Origin: Mustelus asterias
Taxonomy: Eukaryota
DNA length: 64,000 bases
Reading direction: 5' to 3'
Assembly: GCF_964213995.1 (NCBI RefSeq)
Contig: NC_135804.1
Coordinates: forward strand, 69,688,001-69,752,000
Part shown: piece by piece, positions 12,777-23,800 of the stretch
How positions within the stretch are numbered: position 1 is the stretch's first letter
Layout: each line of letters begins with the position of its first letter
Program-made: the position numbers and the translations under genes
Notes under the pieces: model-generated
The model's database searches: none
What the model saw: the letters and a program-made list of their open reading frames with translations, nothing else
Told to the model about the DNA's origin: nothing

Positions 12777-13793
12777 ATGAGTGATCGGCCAGTTCAGTGC
12801 TTCCGATGTGGGATGTGGGAGTTCCTGCAAACACCTAGCTTCCCAGAGGTTCACATATGTGCCAGGTGCGTGGAACTGCAGCTCTTGAGGGACCGTGTTA
12901 GGGAACTGGAGCTGCAGATCGCTGACCTTAGCCTAGTCAGGGAAAATGGGAGAAAAATTGACAGCAGTTATAGGCAACTAGTTACACCGGGGCATCGGGA
13001 GAATGACACGTGGGTCACAGTTAGGAGGAGTAAAGGGCAGAAGGGTAAAGTACAAGGGAGGACTCCAGAGGTGTCTCAAAATAGGAAGGGCTTGGTGACA
13101 GGTGTGAGAGGGGAGGGGAGTGGACAGTTAGAAGAAGGGTCACCTGTGGTTGTCCCACTCCAAAACAGGTACATTGTTTTAGATAGTGTGGAGGAGTGTG
13201 CCTCTCCAGGGGTAAGACACAGTGACCAGGTCACTGGCACACAGTCAGGCTCTGTGGCCCGGAAAGGGAAGAGAGGGGTTAGGAGAGCGATAGTGGTGGG
13301 GGATGCGTCAGTTAGAGGCACAGACAGGCGATTCTGTGGGGGCGAACGGGACTCCAGGATGGTAGTCTGCCTACCTGGTGCTGGGGTCACGGATGTCTCC
13401 GAGCGGATAGGAGGCATATTAAAAGGGGAAGATAAAGAAACGGATGTCATTATACACATTCGTGGAAATGACGCAGATAGGAAGAGTAGGGGGGTCCTAA
13501 GAGAGCAATTCAGGGAGTTGGGAAATAGGTTAAAAAGTAGGGTCACCAGGGTGGCCATCTCTGGGCTGCTCCCAATGCCTCGTGCCAGTGAGGCTAAGAA
13601 TAGGGAGTTGGTTCAAATGAATGCCTGGCTAAAGGACTGGTCCAGGAGGGAGGGCTTTATTTTCATAGACCAATGGGAGGTTTTCAGGAGAGGATGGCAC
13701 CTGTACAAGAGGGAGCGGTCACAACTAAGTTGGAAGGGCACAAATATCCTGGCTGGGAGCTTTGCTAATGCACTTCGGGGGGGTTTAAACTAG
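12777..13793 (+). CDS. CR1 ORF1p: N-terminal zinc finger, coiled coil, SGNH/GDSL esterase-like domain
   Basis: CFRCGMWE...HICARC; LLRDRVRELELQIADL coiled coil; IVVGDASVRG, CLPGA, ISGLLP and QLSWKG esterase blocks; 338-aa open frame. Confidence 0.92.
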   Translation: MSDRPVQCFRCGMWEFLQTPSFPEVHICARCVELQLLRDRVRELELQIADLSLVRENGRKIDSSYRQLVTPGHRENDTWVTVRRSKGQKGKVQGRTPEVSQNRKGLVTGVRGEGSGQLEEGSPVVVPLQNRYIVLDSVEECASPGVRHSDQVTGTQSGSVARKGKRGVRRAIVVGDASVRGTDRRFCGGERDSRMVVCLPGAGVTDVSERIGGILKGEDKETDVIIHIRGNDADRKSRGVLREQFRELGNRLKSRVTRVAISGLLPMPRASEAKNRELVQMNAWLKDWSRREGFIFIDQWEVFRRGWHLYKRERSQLSWKGTNILAGSFANALRGGLN

Positions 13794-13834
13794 TATGGCA
13801 GGGGGGTGGGGATCAAACTATTAGGTCTATAAGT

Positions 13835-16717
13835 GTGGTGGCTGGGGACGAGCTTGGGGCTGGGACAATGCTGGCAAAAAAGAAGAGCACTCTGGGGGAG
13901 GACGACCTCACTGAGCCTGGGGGTCTGGAGTGCTTATACTTCAATGCAAGGAGCGTAGCAGGTAAAACAGACGAACTTGGGGCCTTAATGCGCACGAGGA
14001 ATTTGGATGTGGTTGCAGTGACAGAGACTTGGTTGAAAGAGGGACAGGACTGGCAGCTGAATATTCCAGGGTACAAGTGTTTTAGGCGAGACAGAGGAGG
14101 GGCCAAAAGAGGTGGGGGAGTAGCGGTATTGGTTGGAGAGCATATTACAGTGGTGCAGAGGGAGGACAATTCGGAGGAGTCGTGTAGCGAGTCACTCTGG
14201 GTGAAGCTTAGAAACAGGAAAGGCGCAGTCACTATGTTGGGGGTGTACTACAGGCCCCCCAACAGCCCAAGGGAAGTGGAAGAATGGATATGTCAGGAGA
14301 TACTGGATAGGTGCAGGAAATATAGGGTTGTTGTAGTGGGAGACTTCAATTTCCCTGGTATAGACTGGAAATCGCTGAGGGCAGGGACTCTGGATGGGGA
14401 GGAATTTGTAAAATGTGTACAGGAGGGTTCGTTGGAACAATATGTGGACAGCCCGACTAGAGAGGGGGCTATACTGGACCTGGTACTGGGGAATGAGCCC
14501 GGTCAGGTCTTCAAAGTTTTGGTTGGGGAACATGTGGCAAATAGTGACCACAATTCTGTTAGCTTTAGGATAGTGATGGAAAAGGATGAGTGGTGTCCCA
14601 AGGGTAAGGTGTTGGATTGGGGGAAGGCTAACTTTATTGGGACCAGGCAGAAATTGGCAGCTCTTGATTGGGAGAGGCTGTTTGAGGGTAAATCCACATC
14701 TGGTATGTGGCAGTCTTTTAAGGAACGGTTGTTAGGGCTACAGGACAAGCATGTGCCTGTAAAAAAGAAGGATAGGAAGGGTAGGATTAGAGAACCGTGG
14801 ATAACCAGGGAAATTGAGGGACTGGTCAAAAAGAAAAGAGAGGCGTATGTTAGGTCCAAGCAGCTAAAAACGGAGGGAGCTCTGGAGGAGTACAATGAAA
14901 GTAGGAAAATACTCAAACGGGGAATTAGAAGAGCAAAACGGGGTCACGAAATGTTCTTGGCAGACAGGATTAAGGACAATCCCAAGGCATTTTATTCATA
15001 CGTTAGGAACAAAAGGGTTGTTAGGGAAAAAATCGGACCTCTCAGGGACAAAAGTGGGGACTTATGCTTGGAGCCCAAAGAGGTAGGGGAGATCCTAAAT
15101 GAATACTTTGCGTCGGTATTCACAAAGGAGAGGGATGTGTTGACAGGGAGTGTCTCGGAGGGGAGTGTTGAACCGTTGGAGAAAATCTCCATTACAAAGG
15201 AGGAAGTGTTAGGTTTGTTAGAGAATATAAAGACTGACAAATCCCCAGGGCCTGATGGAATCTATCCAAGGCTGCTCAGGGAGACGAGAGGTGAAATCGT
15301 TGGGCCTCTGACGCAAATCTTTGTCTCGTCACTGGACACAGGTGAGGACCCAGAGGATTGGAGGATAGCCAATGTGGTCCCGTTATTTAAGAAGGGTAGG
15401 AAGGATAACCCGGGTAATTATAGGTCGGTGAGCTTGACGTCCGTGGTGGGGAAGTTGTTGGAGAAGATTCTTAAAGATAGGATGTATGCGCATTTAGAAA
15501 AGAATAAACTCATTAACGATAGTCAACATGGTTTTGTGAGAGGGAGGTCATGCCTCACTAACCTGGTGGTGTTTTTTGAAGAAGTGACCAAAATGGTTGA
15601 CGAAGGAAGGGCCGTGGATGTTGTCTATATGGACTTTAGTAAAGCGTTTGACAAAGTCCCTCATGGTAGGCGAGTGAAAAAGGTTGGATCCCATGGGATA
15701 AAGGGGGAGGTGGCTAGATGGGTGGAGAACTGGCTTGGTCATAGAAGACAGAGGGTGGTAGTGGAAGGGTCTTTTTCCGGCTGGAGGCCTGTGACTAGTG
15801 GTGTACCACAGGGCTCTGTATTGGGACCTCTGCTGTTTGTGATTTATATAAATGATCTGGAAGAAGGAGTAACTGGGGTGATCAGTAAGTTTGCGGACGA
15901 CACAAAACTGGCAGGACTTGCAGATAGTGAGGAACATTGTCAGAGGCTACAGAAAGATATAGATAGGCTGGAAATTTGGGCAAGGAAATGGCAGATGGAG
16001 TTCAATCCTGATAAATGCGAAGTGATGCATTTTGGTGGGAATAATGTAGGGAGGAGCTACACGAGAAATGGAAGAACCATAAAGGGTGTAGAGACGCAGA
16101 GGGACCTGGGTGTGCAAGTCCACAGATCTTTGAAGGTGACGTCACAGGTGGAGAAGGTGGTGAAGAAGGCATATGGCATGCTTGCCTTTATAGGACGGGG
16201 CATAGAGTATAAAAGTTGGGGTCTGATGTTGCAGATGTATAGAACGTTGGTTCGGCCGCATTTGGAATACTGCGTCCAGTTCTGGTCGCCACACTACCAG
16301 AAGGACGTGGAGGCTTTGGAGAGAGTACAGAGGAGGTTTACCAGGATGTTGCCTGGTATGGAGGGGCTTGGTTATGAGGAGAGATTGGGGAAACTGGGGT
16401 TGTTCTCCTTGGAAAGACGGAGGATGAGGGGAGACTTAATAGAGGTGTATAAAATTATGAAAGGCATAGATAGGGTGAACGGTGGGAAGCTTTTCCCCGG
16501 GTCGGTGGTGACGTTCACGAGGGGTCATAGGTTCAAGGTGAAGGGGGGGAGGTTTAACACAGATATCAGAAGGACATATTTCACACAGAGGGTCGTGGGG
16601 GCCTGGAATGTGTTGCCGGGCAAGGTGGTGGAGGCGGACACACTGGGAACGTTTAAGACTTATCTAGACAGCTATATGAACGGAGTGGGAATGGAGGGAT
16701 ACAAAAGAGTGGTCTAG
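13835..16717 (+). CDS. CR1 ORF2p: APE endonuclease plus reverse transcriptase (first ATG at 13868)
   Basis: YFNARS, VTETW, GVYYRPP, GDFN and SDH endonuclease motifs; DFSKAFDKV, GVPQGSVLGP and FADD RT motifs; uninterrupted 960 codons. Confidence 0.95.
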   Translation: MVAGDELGAGTMLAKKKSTLGEDDLTEPGGLECLYFNARSVAGKTDELGALMRTRNLDVVAVTETWLKEGQDWQLNIPGYKCFRRDRGGAKRGGGVAVLVGEHITVVQREDNSEESCSESLWVKLRNRKGAVTMLGVYYRPPNSPREVEEWICQEILDRCRKYRVVVVGDFNFPGIDWKSLRAGTLDGEEFVKCVQEGSLEQYVDSPTREGAILDLVLGNEPGQVFKVLVGEHVANSDHNSVSFRIVMEKDEWCPKGKVLDWGKANFIGTRQKLAALDWERLFEGKSTSGMWQSFKERLLGLQDKHVPVKKKDRKGRIREPWITREIEGLVKKKREAYVRSKQLKTEGALEEYNESRKILKRGIRRAKRGHEMFLADRIKDNPKAFYSYVRNKRVVREKIGPLRDKSGDLCLEPKEVGEILNEYFASVFTKERDVLTGSVSEGSVEPLEKISITKEEVLGLLENIKTDKSPGPDGIYPRLLRETRGEIVGPLTQIFVSSLDTGEDPEDWRIANVVPLFKKGRKDNPGNYRSVSLTSVVGKLLEKILKDRMYAHLEKNKLINDSQHGFVRGRSCLTNLVVFFEEVTKMVDEGRAVDVVYMDFSKAFDKVPHGRRVKKVGSHGIKGEVARWVENWLGHRRQRVVVEGSFSGWRPVTSGVPQGSVLGPLLFVIYINDLEEGVTGVISKFADDTKLAGLADSEEHCQRLQKDIDRLEIWARKWQMEFNPDKCEVMHFGGNNVGRSYTRNGRTIKGVETQRDLGVQVHRSLKVTSQVEKVVKKAYGMLAFIGRGIEYKSWGLMLQMYRTLVRPHLEYCVQFWSPHYQKDVEALERVQRRFTRMLPGMEGLGYEERLGKLGLFSLERRRMRGDLIEVYKIMKGIDRVNGGKLFPGSVVTFTRGHRFKVKGGRFNTDIRRTYFTQRVVGAWNVLPGKVVEADTLGTFKTYLDSYMNGVGMEGYKRVV

Positions 16718-17253
16718 TTTGGACCAGGGAGCGGCGCGGGCTAATTGTTCCTGGTTTCTCGTTTCAAGGCTTCATTCTATGATCATCTTGCTGGTGCCAG
16801 TACAGAGCAAGACTGCGGATAGTTGGGAACCTGTCTCGGGGGCAGGGAATTCATATGGTGTTCGTGGAAGTGGAAATGACTAGGGTTGGGAAGCATTTTC
16901 CGATAAGGGCCATTGTGATCTCCTGGACTCGTTTCGATCGCCTCAGGGGGTCGGAGAGGAATTTCCCAGATTTTTTTTTCCCCATATTGGCCCTGGGGTT
17001 TTTCACTCTGGGTTTTCGCCTCTCCCTGGAGATCACATGGTCTGGAATGGGGGGGTGGGGGTGAGTTAATAGGTTGTAATGAACAAAGCATCGTAGCTGT
17101 GAGGGACAGCTCGGTGGATAGGATATTGGCATGTAGATAGGCTGGAAAATTGGGCGGGGATCCTGGATCCAGGATTCAATCCTGGACCGGGGAGCGGCGC
17201 GGGCTTGGAGGGCCGTAGGGCCTGTTCCTGTGCTGTATTGTTCTTTGTTCTTT

Positions 17254-18692
17254 GATCCCCGCCCAATTTTCCAGCCTATCTACATACCAATATCCTATCC
17301 ACCGAGCTGTCCCCCACAGCTACGATGCTTTGTTCATTACAACCTATTAACTCACCCCCACCCCCCCATTCCAGACCATGTGATCTCCAGGGAGAGGCGA
17401 AAACCCAGAGTGAAAAACCCCAGGGCCAATATGGGGAAAAAAAAATCTGTGAAATTCCTCTCCGACCCCCTGAGGCGATCGAAACGAGTCCAGGAGATCA
17501 CAATGGCCCTGATCGGAAAATGCTTCCCAACCCTAGTCATTTCCACTTCCACGAGAAACAAGGAACAATTAGCCCGCGCCGCCCTCTGGTCCAAACTAGA
17601 CCACTCTTTTGTATCCCTCCATTCCCACTCCGTTCATATAGCTGTCTAGATAAGTCTTAAACGTTCCCAGTGTGTCCGCCTCCACCACCTTGCCCGGCAA
17701 CACATTCCAGGCCCCCACGACCCTCTGTGTGAAATATGTCCTTCTGATATCTGTGTTAAACCTCCCCCCTTCACCTTGAACCTATGACCCCTCGTGAACG
17801 TCACCACCGACCCGGGGAAAAGCTTCCCACCGTTCACCCTATCTGTGCCTTTCATAATTTTATACACCTCTATTAAGTCTCCCTCATCCTCCGTCTTTCC
17901 AAGGAGAACAACCCCAGTTTCCCCAATCTCTCCTCATAACCAAGCCCCTCCATACCAGGCAACATCCTGGTAAACCTCCTCTGTACTTTCTCCAAAGCCT
18001 CCACGTCCTTCTGGTAGTGTGGCGACCAGAACTGGACGCAGTATTCCAAATGCGGCCGAACCAACGTTCTATACATCTGCAACATCAGACCCCAACTTTT
18101 ATACTCTATGCCCCATCCTATAAAGGCAAGCATGCCATATGCCTTCTTCACCACCTTCTCCACCTGTGACGTCACCTTCAAAGATCTGTGGACTTGCACA
18201 CCCAGGTCCCTCTGCGTCTCTACACCCTTTATGGTTCTTCCATTTATCGTGTAGCTCCTCCTTACATTATTCCCACCAAAATGCATCACTTCGCATTTAT
18301 CAGGATTGAACTCCATCTGCCATTTCCTTGCCCAAATTTCCAGCCTATCTATATCCTTCTGTAGCCTCTGACAATGTTCCTCACTATCTGCAAGTCCTGC
18401 CAGTTTTGTGTCGTCCGCAAACTTACTGATCACCCCAGTTACTCCTTCTTCCAGATCATTTATATAAATCACAAACAGCAGAGGTCCCAATACAGAGCCC
18501 TGCGGTACACCACTAGTCACAGGCCTCCAGCCGGAAAAAGACCCTTCCACTACCACCCTCTGTCTTCTATGACCAAGCCAGTTCTCCACCCATCTAGCCA
18601 CCTCCCCCTTTATCCCATGGGATCCAACCTTTTTCACTAGCCTACCATGAGGGACTTTGTCAAACGCTTTACTAAAGTCCATATAGACAACA
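17254..18692 (-). mobile_element. 5'-truncated CR1 of the same family (host of the full-length insertion), with frameshifts and a ~100-bp 3'UTR deletion
   Basis: Near-identical reverse complement of 15619-17162; ORF 17873-18682 matches ORF2 RT residues. Confidence 0.95.
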
Positions 18693-18810
18693 GTTTAGTT
18701 CAGCCTTTGCAAATATCAGTAAGCTACAGGATTTATAACGTCCTTCACAGCCAAGTGGAGAATAAACTCGCTTTCTCTCACAGGGAGCATGTTAATTCAA
18801 CACAATGGTC

Positions 18811-19114
18811 AGAATCATAAAATCACTACAGTACAGAAGGAGGCCGTTCAGCCCATCGAGTCTGTACCAACCACAATCCCACCCAGTTCTATTCCTGTAA
18901 CCCCACATTGACACCGGGGTCAACTTAGCATGGCCAAGCAATGTAACATGCACATCTTTGGACTGTGGGAGGAAACCGGAGCACCCGGAGGAAACCCATG
19001 CAGACACGGGGAGAATGTGCAAACTCCACACAGACAGTGACCCAAGGCCGAAATTGAACCTGGGTCCCTGGCGCTGTGAGGCAGCAATGCCTCACTGTGC
19101 CACCGTGCCGCCCC
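18811..19114 (-). mobile_element. tRNA-derived V-SINE (HE1-like)
   Basis: Head ggggcggcacggtggcacagtg; V-core gtgtggagtttgcacattctccccgtgtctgcatgggtttcctccgggtgctccggtttcctcccac; CR1-like tail. Confidence 0.88.
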
Positions 19115-20037
19115 AAGTGGCTTAGCCACTCGCGCCGGTTTGCTGAACACTGACGGACTGGAGGCATTGCTGCTAAACTATTTAACTGGGTTTCTGGGGC
19201 ACTCGTAATGTCACGGCTGATGAGGGTTTATTGCGGAACTCGCACATACTTATATTTTGTTTGCACAGTTGCTGCCAGCACATTCTAAGTGTTTTGTTGC
19301 ATTTCAAGTCCAGCCTCTCACATAAAGCATACAGCAGGTTTAATTTCAGTTGGAAATTGTGAATTGTGCCAATCGTTAATTTCGACTTCGTATCGTCCTC
19401 CCTCCAAATTAGTAAGGTTTATAAAAAAAGCAATTCCTAATGTAAGAACTTACAGTTAGACATAAAATTTAAAGGGAAACGTACAATAAAATCGCGATTA
19501 TTTGCAACCACATTTGGTACTGACGCGGGAGAACTCAAAGTTCTGTTAAACTTCCGCGGCCGCGGATGTAACCCGAATTTAAACCGGATATAGCGGAATA
19601 ATTCGCGAAACTGATGCTCCATTTTCATATTGGCATTCAGGGTAGTCATCAGTTCGAGCGATAGGGCTGATGCTTTTATAAAACGACGAAACAAAGATTA
19701 CCGAACAATGAAGTTGAACTGTGCTGATTCTAATTGCTCCTCCCTTACTTGTGTGGTCTCCAGGAGATTCTACTTTTTACACCGAGCTTTACCATTCACG
19801 GATAGGTTGTCCAAACGGACAATTGCCAGAGAAATCGAGTTTTCTCAGAAATAGTCTATGATCCTTACTGCTACTTGAGCCTGAAATTCGATGTAGTTGT
19901 GGCTGCAGTGTTGAGAACAAAATCGCTGAAAAACACATTGGCCAGTAATGCTCTCATATTTCGAAAGGTGCCGATCTACTGAACATTTCCACCGATTTTC
20001 CGTTGGTCTCAACTCCAATAAAGAGATCTGTATTCTG

Positions 20038-20345
20038 AAGTTAAGTTAAAGTTGATTTATTAGTCACAAGTTGGCTTACATTAACACAACAGTGACGTTA
20101 CTGTGAAAATTCCCTAGTCGCCACACTCCAGTGTTTGTTCGGGTGCACAGAGGGAGAATTTACCATGGCCAATACATCTAACTGGCATATCTTTCGGACT
20201 TTGGGAGAAAAACGGAACATCAGGAAGAAACCCACGCAGCCATGGGGAGAACGTTCCGCCTCCACATAGACAGTGATCCAAGCCAGGGATCGAGCGGGTC
20301 CCTGGCACGGCGAGGTAGCAGTGCTAACCACTGTACCACTGTGTC
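20038..20345 (-). mobile_element. Diverged V-SINE with an alternative tail
   Basis: Degenerate tRNA head and V-core; tail gtggcgactagggaattttcacagtaac. Confidence 0.75.
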
Positions 20346-20753
20346 AGGTAATTGTAGCTTTATCCCAGATTTACCAGCTTCCCAAATTTGTTTCTGGGAC
20401 AAATAAGCCTGATGGGTAAAACATTTATTACTGATGGACTCTTCTTTAGGCCAAAAATGAATGGGTTCTTCAGGATCAATTACTCCAAAAACACTGGCGA
20501 AATGCAATATATCGACAGTCTTAGCATGTGAAGAAAATTGAACGCATGCCTTGTTAGCACATGCAGAATTTTATTAAGCTCCACTTTAGTGGGTAAATAC
20601 AGCCTTCTCGTGTGTCTGCACACCAGGATACAACTCTTGAAGCCATGTGATTCCGAACGTCACAACTGAATTTGAGATTATATTGGAGACACAGGTTCTG
20701 TTCCCACCCACTCTCAGGCGAGCGCTGTGATCTACCGATTTACGTCGATCGAT

Positions 20754-20808
20754 ATGTTAAAGACTCTGCCACTCTGGGGCATATGCTTCCTGGGAATTTG
20801 GTGTCCAG
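20754..20808 (+). CDS. Exon 1: signal peptide MLKTLPLWGICFLGIWCP
   Basis: ATG at 20754, hydrophobic 18-codon stretch, donor CAG/GTAGAA (phase 1), 329-bp intron to the V exon; absent from the ORF track. Confidence 0.78.
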
Positions 20809-23800
20809 GTAGAATGTTATATTTGTTATTGATTATTAAACCATCCTGAACAATAACTGATACATGGAGGCGACCTTCCAGTTGACGTTCTGTCGAGTAC
20901 AGTTTTCGGCTGTTTAAATTTGATTAAATGTTTTAGTGTTATGTCTTATTTGACAAAGGTAACTATGTATAAGAAAGGCAATATTAATGATATAATAATG
21001 GAAAAACATTCATAAAAAGATGATTCTGATAGGTACAGTGAATTACTAATGTATCAATGGTCTGGTCGCACAATGGCAATTATAGCCATGCTGGTTGTTT
21101 CTGAGTATCAACGATTTATTCCGGCTTTTGTTGATAGTTTTTATGTACAGTTTGGACACGGTGGCACAAAAGAAGGTGCTTAGAGGTGCAAATGTTACCT
21201 TCGGATGTCCTTTCCCCTTTCACTTTGATGTTTCGAACATAATCGCTTACTGGTGGAAACATGGTAATAAGAGCTTTCTTCAAGAAGACGGCAGAAACGT
21301 TTTCACTGTAAAAAGAGCCGGCGCCTACCTCCATCTTCTGAATGTAAATGTTCCGGATGCTGGAACTTATTGTTGTGCAGTGAAGCATCAACGTCGAACA
21401 GTTGGAAAAGGAATTTCTGTGCGACTTCTTGTATATGGTAAGTGTCACTGCAGTTAGAAAGAGAACTTTAGTTGCTGCAGATATTCCAGTTGTGTTTTAT
21501 GAAGGTGTTTAACCAATAAATATGTGCATAAAATAGTACAACTTTCTAGGAAAAGGTGAAGTCTGGTGGCGATTTCAATCTGAAGGTCACCACACCTCAG
21601 GCAAGGAGCAAAGTTAAGTGGACAGGCCTTCATGAATAACCTCAACTGGAATTAAACCCGCGCTGTTAGCAGAGCTCTGCACCATAAACCAGCCGTTCAG
21701 CCAACTGAGCCAATTAAACCCAAAGATGTCACCTAAACAGCGACTTGAACCCTGAACCATCAGCCTAAAAATCTGATGCTCTCCCGACTGAGCTACCCAG
21801 GTAGCTTTCTAATACACTACCTGGAGCAACAAGCGCTTGCGAATTTGGATTATTACTAGCACCAGAATATCTGAAAACAGGCAGCTCACCTACATCGCCT
21901 CTGTTTGATGCGTGGTTAATAATAGAACATAGAACATAGAACATTACAGCGCAGAACAGGCCCTTCGGCCCACGATGTTGCACCGACCAGTTAAAAAAAA
22001 ACTGTGACCCTCCAACCTAAACCAATTTCTTTTCGTCCATGAACCTATCTACGGATCTCTTAAACGCCCCCAAACTAGGCGCATTTACTACTGATGCTGG
22101 CAGGGCATTCCAATCCCTCACCACCCTCTGGGTAAAGAACCTACCCCTGACATCGGTTCTATAACTACCCCCCCTCAATTTAAAGCCATGCCCCCTCGTG
22201 CTGGATTTCTCCATCAGAGGAAAAAGGCTATCACTATCCACCCTATCTAAACCTCTAATCATCTTATATGTTTCAATAAGATCCCCTCTTAGCCGCCGCC
22301 TTTCCAGCGAAAACAATCCCAAATCCCTCAGCCTCTCCTCATAGGATCTCCCCTCCATACCAGGCAACATCCTGGTAAACCTCCTCTGCACCCTCTCCAA
22401 AGCCTCCACATCCTTCCTGTAATGTGGGGACCAGAACTGCACACAGTACTCCAAGTGCGGCCGCACCAGAGTTGTGTACAGTTGCAACATAACGCTACGA
22501 CTCCTAAATTCAATCCCCCTACCAATAAACGCCAAGACACCATATGCCTTCTTAACAACCTTATCTACTTGATTCCCAACTTTCAGGGATCTATGCACAC
22601 ATACACCTAGATCCCTCTGCTCCTCCACACTATTCAAAGTCCTCCCGTTAGCCCTATACTCAACACATCTGTTATTCCTACCAAAGTGAATTACCTCACA
22701 CTTCTCCGCATTAAACTCCATCCGCCACCTCTCGGCCCAACTTTGCAACCTGTCTAAGTCTTCCTGCAAACTACGACACCCTTCCTCACTGTCTACCACA
22801 CCACCGACTTTGGTGTCATCAGCAAATTTGCTAATCCACCCAACTATACCCTCATCCAGATCATTAATAAATATTACAAACAGCAGTGGCCCCAAAACAG
22901 ATCCCTGAGGTACACCACTTGTAACCGCACTCCATGATGAATATTTACTATCAACCACCACCCTCTGTTTCCTATCCGCTAGCCAATTCCTGATCCAATT
23001 TCCTAGATCACCCCCAATCCCATACATCTGCATTTTCTGCAGAAGCCTACCATGGTGAACCTTATCAAACGCCTTACTAAAATCCATATATACCACGTCC
23101 ACTGCCTTGCCCCCATCCACCTCCTTGGTCACTTTCTCAAAAAACTCAATAAGGTTAGTAAGGCACGACCTACCTGCCACAAAACCATGCTGACTATCAC
23201 CTATCAATTCATTACTCTCCAAATAACTATAAATCCTATCCCTTATAATTTTTTCCAACATCTTGCCGACAACAGAAGTGAGACTCACCGGTCTATAATT
23301 CCCGGGGAAGTCTCTGTTCCCCTTCTTAAACAATGGGACAACATTCGCTAACCTCCAATCTTCTGGTACTATACCAGAGGCCAACGACGACCTGAAGATC
23401 AGAGCCAGAGGCTCTGCAATCACTTCTCTTGGAATAATGGAAAATTAATTCAAGGCTGGAAGTTAAAGTACATTTTCCGGTTGTCCACTCTACGTCAGTG
23501 GAAATAATTCCACCTAATGTTATATATTTCACATATCCAAAGATGTGCGGGTTAGGTTGATTGGCCATGCTAAAAGTTGCCCCATAGTGTCCTGAGATGA
23601 GTAGGTTAGAGGGATTAGCAGGTAAATATGTAGGGATATGGGGATAGAGCCTGGGTGGGATTGTGGTCGGTGCAGACTGGATGGGCCAAACGGCCTCTTT
23701 CTGCACTGTAGGGTTTCTATGATTAAAAACATAGAACGTAGAACAGTACAGCACAGAACAGGCCCTTCGGCCCACGTTGTTGTGCCGAGCTTTGTCTGAA

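Larger units (their letters stand above)
12168..17253 (+). mobile_element. Full-length, apparently intact CR1 LINE (~5.1 kb)
   Basis: 5'UTR with tandem monomers, open ORF1 and ORF2, 3'UTR ending tgttctttgttcttt; TSD GATCC (12163-12167, 17254-17258). Confidence 0.95.

Noticed and set aside
12069-17253. Terminal inverted repeats suggesting a DNA transposon or DIRS-like element carrying RT
   Set aside because: Fully explained by antisense nested insertion of one CR1 into another, with a GATCC TSD.
21149-21150. Alternative acceptor tacag/ at 21150
   Set aside because: Out of frame with the phase-1 leader; the AG at 21136-21137 keeps the frame.
21095-21457. ORF-track start MFLSINDL... as the signal peptide of a single-exon V protein
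   Set aside because: It starts at TTG and the hydrophobic stretch is the intron's pyrimidine tract; a proper phase-1 leader exon exists at 20754-20808.
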